Shown one piece after another: positions 31,672-41,878 of a stretch of 64,000 bases of DNA. Numbering within the stretch: position 1 is the stretch's first letter; each line of letters starts with the position of its first letter. A program made the position numbers and the translations under genes. The notes beneath the pieces were generated by a model. It saw only the letters and a program-made list of their open reading frames with translations, ran no database searches and was not told the DNA's origin. Origin of the DNA: Kiritimatiellia bacterium (GTDB lineage Bacteria > Verrucomicrobiota > Kiritimatiellia > CAIVKH01); contig JAMLJG010000003.1 of the NCBI GenBank assembly GCA_023953695.1, positions 7,012-71,011 on the forward strand. Reading direction: 5' to 3'.

Positions 31672-34374
31672 CTATTTCGCCATCGCGTCGCGCAGCACGT
31701 ATTGCAGAATCCCGCCGTGGCGCAGGTATTCCACTTCGACGGCTGAGTTCACGCGGGCTTTGACATCGAAGGCTTTGATCGAGCCGTCCGGATTCTGGGC
31801 GACCACTTGAAGGCGCTTGCCCGGAACAAAGGCTTCGGCAATGCCTGTGATGCTGATGACTTCTTTGCCCGTGAGGCCGAGCGAGGCCGCATTCTCGCCG
31901 TCCAGGAATTGGAGAGGAAGCACGCCCATCTCCACGAGGTTGCTGCGATGAATGCGCTCAAAGCTCTCCGCAATGACGGCTTTCACGCCGAGGAGATAGG
32001 TGCCTTTTGCCGCCCAATCGCGCGAGGAGCCGGCGCCATACATCTTGCCGGTGAGCACGACCAGCGGTGTTCCCGCTTTTGCGTACTGCATCGCGGCATC
32101 GTAGATGGAGAGGGTTTCTCCGGTGGGCTGATAGATCGTGTTGCCGCCCTCGGCCCCGTTCATCATTTCGTTCTTGATGCGGATGTTGGCAAAGGTGCCG
32201 CGCATCATCACTTCGTGGTTGCCGCGTCGCGAGCCGTAGGAGTTGAAGTCGTCCTTCGTTACGCCGTGAGCCAGCAGATATTTTCCAGCGGGCCCGGCGG
32301 CGGCGATGGAGCCGGCGGGCGAAATGTGATCGGTTGTGATAAAGTCGCCGAAGACGGCGAGGACGTTGGCCGATCGAATATCCGTCAGAGGCTGTGGCTC
32401 TGCAGGCATATCGAGCATAAACGGGGGTTCTTGGATGTAGGTGGAGTGGGGGTTCCACGTGTAGACCGGATCGCCGCCGCCGGGGAGCTTGTTCCACGTC
32501 GGGTTCGACTCGGTGATGTCTTTGTAAAGGCGACGGTAAGTCGCGGGATCAGAGGCCAAGCCGAGGTGCTTCTTGATCTCTTCTTCGGCGGGCCAGACGT
32601 CTTTGAGGAATACCGGTTTGCCATCGCTCCCGATGCCGAGGGGCTCCGTTGTGAGATCAATATCCACTTGGCCCGCGAGCGCATAGGCGACGACGAGGGG
32701 AGGGGAGCAGAGGTAGTTTGCCTTCGTGAGCGGGTGTACGCGTCCCTCGAAGTTGCGGTTGCCGCTCAACACGGCCGCGACGACAAGGTCCTTGTCCTTG
32801 ATGGCGGCTTCAACGGATGGGTGGAGCGGGCCGCTGTTTCCGATACAGGTGGTGCAGCCGTAGGCCACCACATTGAAGTGCAGCGCAGAAAGTGCATCGA
32901 GCAATCCCGCTTCCTTGAGGTATTCGGTGACGACACGCGAGCCCGGCGCCAGGCTGGTTTTCACAAATGGAGGAACCGTCAGTCCGCGCGCGGCGGCCTT
33001 CTGTGCGATGAGTGCAGCGGCGATGAGGACGTGTGGGTTGGATGTGTTGGTGCAGCTCGTGATGGCGGCAATGACGACGGAGCCATTGTGGAGGGTGCCG
33101 CGGTTTCCCTGCACTTCCGAGGTTGCGCCGAGCTTGTCCGAGCTGAGGGCGAAGCCTCGCTCCTTCACCGGAGCCGTCAAGGCCTTTTCAAACGCGGGCT
33201 TCAACTCGTTGATGAAGAGGCGGTCCTGCGGACGCTTTGGTCCGGCGACACTCGCCGTTAGGGTGGTGAGGTCGAGATCAATGACCTGAGAGAACTCGGG
33301 ATGTGGCGAGTCCTTCGTGTGCCAGAGTTTCTGGGCCTTGCAATACTTCTCCACGCGTTCCACTTCTTCATCTGTGCGGCCCGTGTTGCGGAGGTAGCGA
33401 AGCACTTCGTCATCCACGGGGAAGAATCCGCACGTCGCACCATATTCCGGCGACATGTTGGCAACCGTTGCGCGATCGGCGGCGGAGAGGGATTCGATTC
33501 CGGGGCCGAAGAACTCGACGAACTGTTCGACCACGCCGACTTTGCGGAGCAAATGGGTGATCGCCAGCGCGAAGTCAGTGCCCGTCGCGCCCGCCGCCAA
33601 TTTGCCCGTCACGCGAACGCCAGTGACTTTGGGAATCATTAGCGGGATGGGCTGGCCGAGCATAGCGGCCTCGGCCTCGATACCGCCGACGCCCCAACCG
33701 AGCACTCCGAGGGCGTTCACCATGGTGGTGTGCGAATCGGTGCCCACGAGGGTATCGGGGAATGCGATTTCGCGACCGGTCGCGTCCTTGTCGGAACGAA
33801 CCACTTTCGCGAGATATTCGATGTTCACTTGGTGGCAAATGCCGAGGCCGGGCGGGATGATGCGCAACTTCTTGAATGCATTTTGGCCCCAGCGCAAGAA
33901 GACGTAACGCTCGGTGTTGCGCTCAAACTCTTTTTCCACATTCAGCTCGAATGCCTCGTCCGTGCCATAGGCATCCACCTGCACGGAGTGGTCAATGACG
34001 AGGTCCACGGGGATTTGCGGCTCGATTTTCGAGGGGTCTCCACCCGCGCGATGCATGGCGCTGCGAAGGGCCGCGAGGTCGGCGATACAGGGAACGCCGG
34101 TGAAGTCCTGCAGCAAGACGCGCTCGGGTTGATAGGGGAACTCTTTTTCCGCAGGATTTTTCGCATCCCAGTTCAAGAAATAGTCCACATGCTCTTCGTG
34201 AAATGCCGGATGCCCTTGATTGCGAATCAGCGACTCCAGGAGCACGCGGATGGAGAAGGGGAGGCGGTCCAATTTGACCAATCCTGCCTCTTCGAGCGCA
34301 GGTAGACTGTAGTAATGGAGCGTGCGCCCGCTATTCAGCGCAAACGACTTCAGCGTGAAATCAAACCGTGCCAT
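31672..34374 (-). CDS. acnA: Aconitate hydratase A
   Basis: Full-length aconitase (MARFDFTLKSF... swivel and Fe-S ligand regions). Start at internal ATG 34374. Confidence 0.96.
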   Translation of the reverse strand: MARFDFTLKSFALNSGRTLHYYSLPALEEAGLVKLDRLPFSIRVLLESLIRNQGHPAFHEEHVDYFLNWDAKNPAEKEFPYQPERVLLQDFTGVPCIADLAALRSAMHRAGGDPSKIEPQIPVDLVIDHSVQVDAYGTDEAFELNVEKEFERNTERYVFLRWGQNAFKKLRIIPPGLGICHQVNIEYLAKVVRSDKDATGREIAFPDTLVGTDSHTTMVNALGVLGWGVGGIEAEAAMLGQPIPLMIPKVTGVRVTGKLAAGATGTDFALAITHLLRKVGVVEQFVEFFGPGIESLSAADRATVANMSPEYGATCGFFPVDDEVLRYLRNTGRTDEEVERVEKYCKAQKLWHTKDSPHPEFSQVIDLDLTTLTASVAGPKRPQDRLFINELKPAFEKALTAPVKERGFALSSDKLGATSEVQGNRGTLHNGSVVIAAITSCTNTSNPHVLIAAALIAQKAAARGLTVPPFVKTSLAPGSRVVTEYLKEAGLLDALSALHFNVVAYGCTTCIGNSGPLHPSVEAAIKDKDLVVAAVLSGNRNFEGRVHPLTKANYLCSPPLVVAYALAGQVDIDLTTEPLGIGSDGKPVFLKDVWPAEEEIKKHLGLASDPATYRRLYKDITESNPTWNKLPGGGDPVYTWNPHSTYIQEPPFMLDMPAEPQPLTDIRSANVLAVFGDFITTDHISPAGSIAAAGPAGKYLLAHGVTKDDFNSYGSRRGNHEVMMRGTFANIRIKNEMMNGAEGGNTIYQPTGETLSIYDAAMQYAKAGTPLVVLTGKMYGAGSSRDWAAKGTYLLGVKAVIAESFERIHRSNLVEMGVLPLQFLDGENAASLGLTGKEVISITGIAEAFVPGKRLQVVAQNPDGSIKAFDVKARVNSAVEVEYLRHGGILQYVLRDAMAK

Positions 34375-34483
34375 GTGAGAGCTCCCTTCAGAAAGGTTCC
34401 AGAAAGCGCTCACCGTAAGTATTAAGCCGGTTTCTGTCAATGCAGCCACGAGCCGACATTAGCTGGAGTGTGGGCGATAGAGG

Positions 34484-36553
34484 GTGTATACAAGAGGGAT
34501 TGTGTCCAATAGTCCTTTTCATATCTCGGCGGATTATTCGCCCACGGGGGATCAGCCGGAGGCGATTGATCAGTTGGTGTCGAGCTTGGAGGCGGGCAAT
34601 CGCTTCCAGTTGTTGGAGGGGGTGACGGGGTCGGGAAAGACGTTCACCATGGCGAATGTGATTGCGCGGTATGGAAAGCCGACGCTGCTGATTTCGCACA
34701 ACAAGACGTTGGCAGCGCAGCTCTATGCGGAGTTGAAGACGTTTTTCCCGAATCACGCCGTCGAGTATTTCGTCAGCTACTTCGACTACTATCAGCCCGA
34801 GGCGTATATCCCGCAGACCGATACCTTCATTGAGAAGGACTCGGCGATCAATGAGGAGATTGAGCGGCTTCGCCTCGCCGCGACGGATTCGCTGATGAAT
34901 CGAAGAGATGTCATCATCGTCGCTTCGGTTTCGTGCATCTACGGATTGGGATCGCCGGAGGATTATCAGGCGATGGTGGTGGAGGCCAAGGTGGGCGATT
35001 TGTTTGATCGCAGCGACCTTCTCCAGCGATTCGTGGATATTCAGTATTCGCGGAATGATATTGAGAACAAGCCGGGTACATTTCGCGTGCGGGGCGACAC
35101 GATTGATCTCTTTCCTTCGTACGCGCGCTATGGGCTGCGTCTTGAGTTCTTCGGCGATACTCTGGAGCGCATCCAGCGCATCGAAGCGCTGACCGCCAAG
35201 GCGGAGGCAGAGTTGGACGAAGTGGTGATTTCGCCGGCGAAGCATTTCGTTACTCCCTACTCGAAAGTGGAACGCGCGATGGCGGCGATCCGAACAGAGC
35301 TGGATGCGCGCGTGCAATGGTTTGAAGAGCGGCAGAAATTGCTGGAGGCGCAGCGGATCAAACAGCGAACGCTGTATGATTTGGATATGATGAAGGAGTT
35401 GGGCTATTGCTCCGGTATCGAGAACTATTCCCGCCACTTGACGGGGCGCGAGGAGGGGGAGCGGCCGTTCACGCTGATTGACTATTTCCCGGAAGGGTTT
35501 CTGACAATCATTGATGAATCGCACGCGACGACGCCTCAATTGCGGGGCATGTATAACGGCGATCGCGCGCGAAAATTGGTGTTGGTGGAGCATGGTTTCC
35601 GTCTGCCGAGCGCGCTGGACAATCGCCCGCTGCAATTCAATGAGTTTCTCGATGTGACAGGGCCGATGCTGTTTGTTTCCGCGACTCCATCGGCCTATGA
35701 ACGCGAGGTCAGCGCGGTGTGCGCGCGTCAGGTGATTCGGCCCACAGGCCTCCTGGATCCAGAGGTGGAGGTGCGCGCGCTGAAGGGGCAAATTGACGAC
35801 GTGATCGAAGAGATTCGCGTGCGTGCGGAGCGGAAAGAGCGCGTGTTGGTCACAACGCTGACGAAGAAGACGGCGGAGGATCTGACGGACTATCTGAGCA
35901 AGCTGAACATTCGCGTGAAATATATCCATTCGGAAATTGACGCGATTGAGCGCGTAGAGATTTTGCGCGGTTTGCGGAAGGCGGACTTCGATTGTCTGGT
36001 GGGTATCAATCTCTTGCGCGAGGGACTCGACTTGCCAGAGGTCTCGCTCGTGGCGGTTCTGGATGCAGATAAGGAAGGGTTTCTGCGTTCGGAGACTTCG
36101 CTGGTTCAGACGGCAGGTCGCGCAGCGCGCCATGTGAGCGGACATGTGATCATGTATGCGGACAAGATCACCGATTCAATGAAGCGGATGATGGACGTCA
36201 CCCAGGCGCGGCGCGCGAAGCAGATGGAGTATAACCAGGCGCACAACATCACGCCGCGCGGAATTCAGAAGGCGATTCAAGACAGTCTCGCGGTCCTCAA
36301 GCAGGCCGAAGAAGCCGAGTCCATGGTGGTGCGAGAGGTCGGTGTGGACGTGGATGTGCAGGAAGTGCTTGCGCAGATGGAGCGCGAGATGATGGAGGCC
36401 GCCGAGGCGTTGGAGTTTGAGCGTGCGGCGTTGCTGCGCGACCAGATACGGGAGTTGCGCAAGGCACACAATGTTGAGGCGGGAGTGCCGGAGAAGCAAC
36501 CCGTGCGCTATGATCGTGCTCGCGGCCGTAAGAAAAGCGCGCGTAAGAAATAA
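34484..36553 (+). CDS. uvrB: Excinuclease ABC subunit B
   Basis: GDQPEAI, Walker A GVTGSGKT, helicase motifs, C-terminal UVR domain (ALEFERAALLRDQIRELR). Confidence 0.97.
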   Translation: MYTRGIVSNSPFHISADYSPTGDQPEAIDQLVSSLEAGNRFQLLEGVTGSGKTFTMANVIARYGKPTLLISHNKTLAAQLYAELKTFFPNHAVEYFVSYFDYYQPEAYIPQTDTFIEKDSAINEEIERLRLAATDSLMNRRDVIIVASVSCIYGLGSPEDYQAMVVEAKVGDLFDRSDLLQRFVDIQYSRNDIENKPGTFRVRGDTIDLFPSYARYGLRLEFFGDTLERIQRIEALTAKAEAELDEVVISPAKHFVTPYSKVERAMAAIRTELDARVQWFEERQKLLEAQRIKQRTLYDLDMMKELGYCSGIENYSRHLTGREEGERPFTLIDYFPEGFLTIIDESHATTPQLRGMYNGDRARKLVLVEHGFRLPSALDNRPLQFNEFLDVTGPMLFVSATPSAYEREVSAVCARQVIRPTGLLDPEVEVRALKGQIDDVIEEIRVRAERKERVLVTTLTKKTAEDLTDYLSKLNIRVKYIHSEIDAIERVEILRGLRKADFDCLVGINLLREGLDLPEVSLVAVLDADKEGFLRSETSLVQTAGRAARHVSGHVIMYADKITDSMKRMMDVTQARRAKQMEYNQAHNITPRGIQKAIQDSLAVLKQAEEAESMVVREVGVDVDVQEVLAQMEREMMEAAEALEFERAALLRDQIRELRKAHNVEAGVPEKQPVRYDRARGRKKSARKK

Positions 36554-36565
36554 GGATCCCGTTTT

Positions 36566-37258
36566 ATGGACCCGGAGTTGAACAAACAGCGGCTGCCAGA
36601 TTGGGCCTTCGCGCTTCGCGACGGCTTGGAAACAGAGAGCATCGGTCAGCCGGTGTTGGCGTTTGATGAGGTCGGTTCGACCAACGATGTTGCCAAGCAA
36701 ATGGCCCTTCAGAATGCGCCGGACGGACTTGCCGTTGTCGCGCGAAATCAAACCGGCGGGCGCGGCCGACGCGGACGGACGTGGGCCTCATTTCCAGGTC
36801 AAGCGGTCTATCTCTCTGTGTTGCTTCGACCTCCGGCATGGCCGCCCGGTGAGGTGAGTTGGTTGGGCGTGCTCGGCGGCGTGGCGGCGGCGAATGCGCT
36901 GCACGAACTTGGCGTGAAGAATCTGCGCATCAAGTGGCCGAACGATGTCTTGATTGAGAGCCGCAAAATTGGCGGCATTTTGGTCGAGCCGCGGCTGGGG
37001 GAGGGGGCGTTGGCATTTGCCGTCCTGGGGATTGGAATCAACGTGCAGCAAGAACACCGTTCGTGGCCTGCTGACCTGCAGGCCATCGCCACATCGTGCG
37101 CGATTGAGGGAGTGGCGGTGAGCTGCGACGAGGTTATTCGCGCCACGCTGCTGTGGATTGATCGTTGGTATTCTCGGCTGCTGAAGGGCGAGAGGCAGAC
37201 GTTGATGGATGATTGGTCGCGCTGGGGCGGCACGGATCAAATGCCTGTGCTGGACTGA
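36566..37258 (+). CDS. birA: Biotin--[acetyl-CoA-carboxylase] ligase (group I, no HTH)
   Basis: GRGRRGR motif, KWPNDV motif. Confidence 0.9.
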   Translation: MDPELNKQRLPDWAFALRDGLETESIGQPVLAFDEVGSTNDVAKQMALQNAPDGLAVVARNQTGGRGRRGRTWASFPGQAVYLSVLLRPPAWPPGEVSWLGVLGGVAAANALHELGVKNLRIKWPNDVLIESRKIGGILVEPRLGEGALAFAVLGIGINVQQEHRSWPADLQAIATSCAIEGVAVSCDEVIRATLLWIDRWYSRLLKGERQTLMDDWSRWGGTDQMPVLD

Positions 37259-37313
37259 CGCTTGACTCGATCGCTGTGCGCGAAGAGGATTCTCGCTTTC
37301 TGAAGGGATCGCC

Positions 37314-38075
37314 TTGTCAGTCATTGTCATTGATATTGGGAACACGAGCACCACGGTGGGTCTTTTTCGCGGCGGTCGAGTGATTCGCGTGCGGCGTCTG
37401 GATTCGAGCGGGATCACGCAGAGCGCGGTTCGGAAGATCGCGCGCCTCGTCGCAGGGAATGCGAAGTTGAGGGGTGCGATGATCGCCTCGGTGGTCCCTC
37501 ACGTGGATGCCACATGGAAGCGCGCCCTGGAGCCGATTGTGGATGGGCCGGTGGACTTTGTTCGTCACTCGTTGCGCCTGGGCGTTTCTATCCGCTACCC
37601 ACGGCCCGAAAAAATCGGCGCGGATCGCCTGGCAAATGCCGCCGCAGGTGTGCATTTATTCGGAGCGCCTTTGCTGGTCGTAGATTTCGGCACGGCGGTG
37701 ACGTTTGATGTGGTGACAAGGCGCGGCTATGAAGGCGGGATTATTGCGCCGGGTCTTCCGCTCGTATTCGACTATCTCGCAGAAAAGACGGCGAAGCTGC
37801 CGCATCTGAAAGCTCTGCCCGCTAAGGGCGCATGGGGTCGCTCCACGGAGCAGGCGATGCAGTTGGGTGCCCGTTGGGGGTATCCAGGATTGATTCAGGC
37901 GATCTTGGCGAATTTGAAGAAGCGCCCAGCCCTGCGGCGGGCACGCGTTGTCCTGACCGGTGGCCATGCGCGCACAATTGCACCCTCATTGGACAAGTCG
38001 GCAGTGGTAGATTCGGCGCTGACCTTGTATGGTATTGGGCTAATTTTCGAATTGAACCACGGGACCACGGAATGA
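37314..38075 (+). CDS. coaX: Type III pantothenate kinase
   Basis: VIVIDIGNTSTTVGLF N-terminus, ASKHA fold. Conserved birA-coaX linkage. Confidence 0.92.
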   Translation: MSVIVIDIGNTSTTVGLFRGGRVIRVRRLDSSGITQSAVRKIARLVAGNAKLRGAMIASVVPHVDATWKRALEPIVDGPVDFVRHSLRLGVSIRYPRPEKIGADRLANAAAGVHLFGAPLLVVDFGTAVTFDVVTRRGYEGGIIAPGLPLVFDYLAEKTAKLPHLKALPAKGAWGRSTEQAMQLGARWGYPGLIQAILANLKKRPALRRARVVLTGGHARTIAPSLDKSAVVDSALTLYGIGLIFELNHGTTE

Positions 38076-38878
38076 TGACGCGGATTGAGAAGCGCTTCGG
38101 TGCACTAAAAGAGAAGAAACAGAAGGGGTTCATCGCCTACATCACGGCGGGCGATCCCTCGTTGGGCGCCACCGAGGATTTCGTTCTGCGTCTGGAGGAT
38201 GTGGGCGTTGATGTCGTTGAGCTGGGGATTCCCTTTTCTGACCCACTCGCGGATGGGCGCGTGAATCAGGAATCAGCAGCGCGCGCACTCGCGGCCGGAA
38301 CAACGCCTGCCGGGATTTTGGAGATGGTCGCGCGTATTCGCGAGCGAAGCGAACTCCCGCTCATGGGCTATACCTATATGAACCTGGTCCACGCGCGAGG
38401 GACCGAGCGCTTCATTCGCGACGCGGCGAGCGCGGGTCTCGATGGCTTGTTGCTCCTCGACTTGCCTGCCGAAGAGGCTGGGCCCTACGCGAAGTCGCTG
38501 ATCCAACATAAGCTCAACTACATTGCTCTCGTCACACCGACCACGCCTGATGAGCGCATCGCCATGATTTCCAAGAATGCCAGCGGCTTTGTCTATTGCG
38601 TTTCACGCGAAGGTGTGACGGGGGCGCAGGACAAATTGAGTCCTGCTGCGCTCAAGCTGGTGCGCCGAACGCAGCGTCGGACTCAATTGCCGGTGGCGCT
38701 TGGCTTCGGCATCGGAACACCGGAACACGCGCGCACGGCCGCAGAAGTTGCAGACGCCGTTGTCGTGGGCAGCGCTATTGTGCGGCGCCACTTTGAATCG
38801 CCACACACGCCAGAGGGTCGGCAAGATGCTGCCCGGTGGGTGAGCACGTTGGTCAAAGCTGTCAAAGGAGTTTCGTAA
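38072..38878 (+). CDS. trpA: Tryptophan synthase alpha chain
   Basis: MMTRIEKRFGALKEKKQKGFIAYITAGDPS...VELGIPFSDPLADG... ATG overlaps coaX stop (ATGA). Confidence 0.93.
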   Translation: MMTRIEKRFGALKEKKQKGFIAYITAGDPSLGATEDFVLRLEDVGVDVVELGIPFSDPLADGRVNQESAARALAAGTTPAGILEMVARIRERSELPLMGYTYMNLVHARGTERFIRDAASAGLDGLLLLDLPAEEAGPYAKSLIQHKLNYIALVTPTTPDERIAMISKNASGFVYCVSREGVTGAQDKLSPAALKLVRRTQRRTQLPVALGFGIGTPEHARTAAEVADAVVVGSAIVRRHFESPHTPEGRQDAARWVSTLVKAVKGVS

Positions 38879-39960
38879 TGGGAGATCACCGATATGCAGT
38901 CATTTTGGCGGGTGGGCGCGGGGAACGTTTTTGGCCGCTGAGCCGCGCGGCGCGTCCGAAGCAGCTTCTGGCGCTTGTTGGAAATCGCCCCTTGCTCGCT
39001 CAAGCGGTGGGGCGCTTGGAAGGCTTGATTCCACCCGAACGCGTCCTTGTTCTGACCAATGCGGATTTGGTGCAGGCATCGCGCGAAGCAGCGCCCGAGT
39101 TGCCCCCGGCCAACATCATCGGCGAACCGGTGGGCCGCGACACGGCGCCCGCGGTCGCACTTGCAACGGCGCTGGTCAAAGCCCGCGATCCCAAGGGCGT
39201 CTTCGCGATTCTAACCGCCGATCACGTGATGGGAGACTTGCCACACTTTCGCGAGACGCTGGCCGCGGGAATGGATATTGCCGAGAGTGGCGATTACCTC
39301 GTGACAATTGGCATCCAACCGAACGAGCCGAGCACGGGGTTTGGCTATATTGAACAAGGCGACGACTTTTCAACCGTGCGCGGCATTCCCTTCAAACGAG
39401 TTCGCCGCTTTGTGGAGAAACCTGATCGCTCGACGGCGGAGTCCTATTTGGCCAGCGGCCGTTTTGCGTGGAACTCGGGCATGTTCGTGTGGTCTGTCCC
39501 CTCGATTCAGTCGGCTCTCCAAAAGTACCACCCCGAGCTAGGTTCCAAGATTGATGAATGGGCGCTCGCGGCAGTTCAGCCCAATTTTGCTGAACAGCTC
39601 GCAGAGTCATTCGCCACTGTTCGCAAAATCTCGATAGATTATGCAGTGATGGAGAAAGCGGACAACATCGTCGTTGCCGCAGGAACCTTTGCATGGGACG
39701 ACGTCGGATCGTGGCCGGCCCTGGAGCGCCACTTTCCAGCCGATCATGCGCAGAATGTGCTCATCGGCGATGCGACCGCAGTGGCCTCTGCACAGAACAT
39801 CGTCTATTCGCAAGGCCGCCTCACGGCATTGGTCGGCGTGAAGGATTTGATCGTGGTACAGGCGGAAGATGCGACGCTGGTCTGCCATCGCGATCACGCG
39901 CAGAATATCAAGGAATTGCTGGCAACACTGCGTGAAGCGGGCCGCACCGAGGTTCTCTGA
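38878..39960 (+). CDS. Mannose-1-phosphate guanylyltransferase (GDP-mannose pyrophosphorylase, no PMI domain)
   Basis: YAVILAGGRGERFWPLSRAARPKQLL nucleotidyltransferase motif. AGGAG RBS. ATG overlaps trpA TAA. Confidence 0.88.
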   Translation: MGDHRYAVILAGGRGERFWPLSRAARPKQLLALVGNRPLLAQAVGRLEGLIPPERVLVLTNADLVQASREAAPELPPANIIGEPVGRDTAPAVALATALVKARDPKGVFAILTADHVMGDLPHFRETLAAGMDIAESGDYLVTIGIQPNEPSTGFGYIEQGDDFSTVRGIPFKRVRRFVEKPDRSTAESYLASGRFAWNSGMFVWSVPSIQSALQKYHPELGSKIDEWALAAVQPNFAEQLAESFATVRKISIDYAVMEKADNIVVAAGTFAWDDVGSWPALERHFPADHAQNVLIGDATAVASAQNIVYSQGRLTALVGVKDLIVVQAEDATLVCHRDHAQNIKELLATLREAGRTEVL

Positions 39961-39961
39961 G

Positions 39962-40390
39962 ATGCCGCGCTGGTTGGGAATAGATTTGGGAGAAAAGCGA
40001 GTCGGAATTGCCATCAGTGATCCGGACGGATTCCTTGCCAGCGCGCGCGAAGTCTGCGAGTTGAAGAATCCGAACGAAGCGCTGAATCGCGTGACCGAAA
40101 TCTTTCGCGCCTCCGGAGCGACCGGCGTCGTTGTGGGTCTTCCGCTCAACATGGATGGCTCGCGTGGCCCCGCCGCGCAGAAGGCCACGCAATTTGCCGA
40201 AGATCTGAAAACCCGGCTCAACGTGCCCGTCAAATTGTGGGACGAGCGGCTGACCACAAAGACTGCGCACGATGTGATGATTCAGGGCGGCGCTCGCCGC
40301 GAGAAACGCCGCGTTACCGTGGATAAACTTGCCGCTCAGTTGATGCTTCAGAGTTTCCTTGATGCACACACCGCGCTGCCGCCACTATGA
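39962..40390 (+). CDS. ruvX: Holliday junction resolvase-like / pre-16S rRNA nuclease YqgF
   Basis: WLGIDLGEKRVGIAISD RNase H-like motif, ~142 aa. Confidence 0.9.
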   Translation: MPRWLGIDLGEKRVGIAISDPDGFLASAREVCELKNPNEALNRVTEIFRASGATGVVVGLPLNMDGSRGPAAQKATQFAEDLKTRLNVPVKLWDERLTTKTAHDVMIQGGARREKRRVTVDKLAAQLMLQSFLDAHTALPPL

Positions 40391-41151
40391 GCCGCCGCTA
40401 TCGTGCCATTATTTCCTACGACGGAACTGACTTTTCCGGCTGGCAGGTGCAGGCGGGCAAACGCACGGTGCAGGGCGTCTTGGAGGCGGCGATCGAGTCG
40501 GTTGTGTGCGAAAGGATTCCCGTTTTTTGCAGCGGGCGCACTGATCGCGGTGTTCACGCGCGAGGGCAAGTTGTTCATTTCGACCTGACCGAATACCGCC
40601 CGGCGCGAAAGCTATTTCTCGCCTTCAATGCTCGCTTGCCGGAAGACATCCGAGTCGAGCGGATCGCCTCTACGCGCCGGGATTTCGATGCTCGATTCGA
40701 TGCGACGGGGAAAGAGTATCGCTACATCATTTGGAACAATCCCGTTCCGACACCCGACACGCGCCGCACAACCGCGCATGTTCGGCAAAAGTTGAATGTT
40801 AAAGAAATGAACGCGGCCGCGTCGCAACTCGTCGGGCGACACGACTTCGCTGCGTTCTGTGCAAACCCCGGCTATGAACGAGACGGAACGGTGCGCACGC
40901 TCTTCAAGCTACGCGTCACCAAACGCGGAAACCAAGTGGTCATCTCTGCGCTCGGAGAGGGCTTCCTGTATAAGATGGTGCGAAGTCTTGTCGGCTATCT
41001 GATTCGCGTGGGGACCGGTGAACTGCCGGCTAAAGATGCCGCCGTCATTTTGGCGTCAAAGACGCGCACCGCACGCGTGCCCTCTGCACAGCCACAAGGC
41101 TTGTTTCTTTGGCGCGTTTTTTACGGCAAACTGCCCGTCTCGTTGCCTTGA
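40387..41151 (+). CDS. truA: tRNA pseudouridine(38-40) synthase
   Basis: YRAIISYDGTDFSGWQVQ...GRTDRGVHA catalytic Asp motif. Confidence 0.95.
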   Translation: MSRRYRAIISYDGTDFSGWQVQAGKRTVQGVLEAAIESVVCERIPVFCSGRTDRGVHARGQVVHFDLTEYRPARKLFLAFNARLPEDIRVERIASTRRDFDARFDATGKEYRYIIWNNPVPTPDTRRTTAHVRQKLNVKEMNAAASQLVGRHDFAAFCANPGYERDGTVRTLFKLRVTKRGNQVVISALGEGFLYKMVRSLVGYLIRVGTGELPAKDAAVILASKTRTARVPSAQPQGLFLWRVFYGKLPVSLP

Positions 41152-41201
41152 CGGATGGGGTGGGGTGGGATAGCGTCGCGAGCTTCATGGGTAAAACCGA
41201 A

Positions 41202-41867
41202 ATGCCTGTCATACAGATACTACCATCGCTTTTGGCCTCCGACTTCGGCCATTTGGCCGCGGGGTGCCGGGCCGCCGAAGAAGCGGGCGCTGATGCGCTG
41301 CATCTCGACGTGATGGATGGGCATTTTGTACCCAATCTCACCATGGGCCCCGATGTGGTGCGCGTAGCGCATCGCACGGTGAAGATTCCCCTGAGTGTGC
41401 ACCTCATGTGTACGCATCCGGCGGTCCTATTGGATGCATTTCTCGAAGCGGGGTCGGACCTCGTTCTAGTCCACGTCGAGGCACACGATGACCCTCATCC
41501 CATGCTCGAGAAGATTCGATCCAAGGGTCGCCGTGCAGGCGTTGTCCTGAATCCGGAGACGCCCGCGATGGCTGCATGGGACTATGTGGAGCATGTGGAC
41601 GAGATTCTTCTGATGACCGTGCACCCCGGTTTCGGGGGACAGGCCTTTCTGGAACATGTGCTTCCAAAGATTTCCGAAATTAGAGACCGCGCGCCCTATC
41701 TCGATCTCTCCGTGGACGGCGGCATCACAGTAGAAACAGCCGAAGCGGCCGCTCGTGCCGGCGCCAACGCCTTCATCGCAGGGACTTCGCTCTATCGCGC
41801 TGCGAATATGCAAGCCGAAGTGAAGGCCATGCGGGCGCGCTGCGAAAAAGGCTTCGCCGAAAGATAG
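41202..41867 (+). CDS. rpe: Ribulose-phosphate 3-epimerase
   Basis: MPVIQILPSLLASDF..., MDGHFVPN..., VDGGI motifs. Start chosen by homology to typical Rpe N-termini. An alternative ATG lies at 41187. Confidence 0.9.
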   Translation: MPVIQILPSLLASDFGHLAAGCRAAEEAGADALHLDVMDGHFVPNLTMGPDVVRVAHRTVKIPLSVHLMCTHPAVLLDAFLEAGSDLVLVHVEAHDDPHPMLEKIRSKGRRAGVVLNPETPAMAAWDYVEHVDEILLMTVHPGFGGQAFLEHVLPKISEIRDRAPYLDLSVDGGITVETAEAAARAGANAFIAGTSLYRAANMQAEVKAMRARCEKGFAER

Positions 41868-41878
41868 ACTTCAACTCC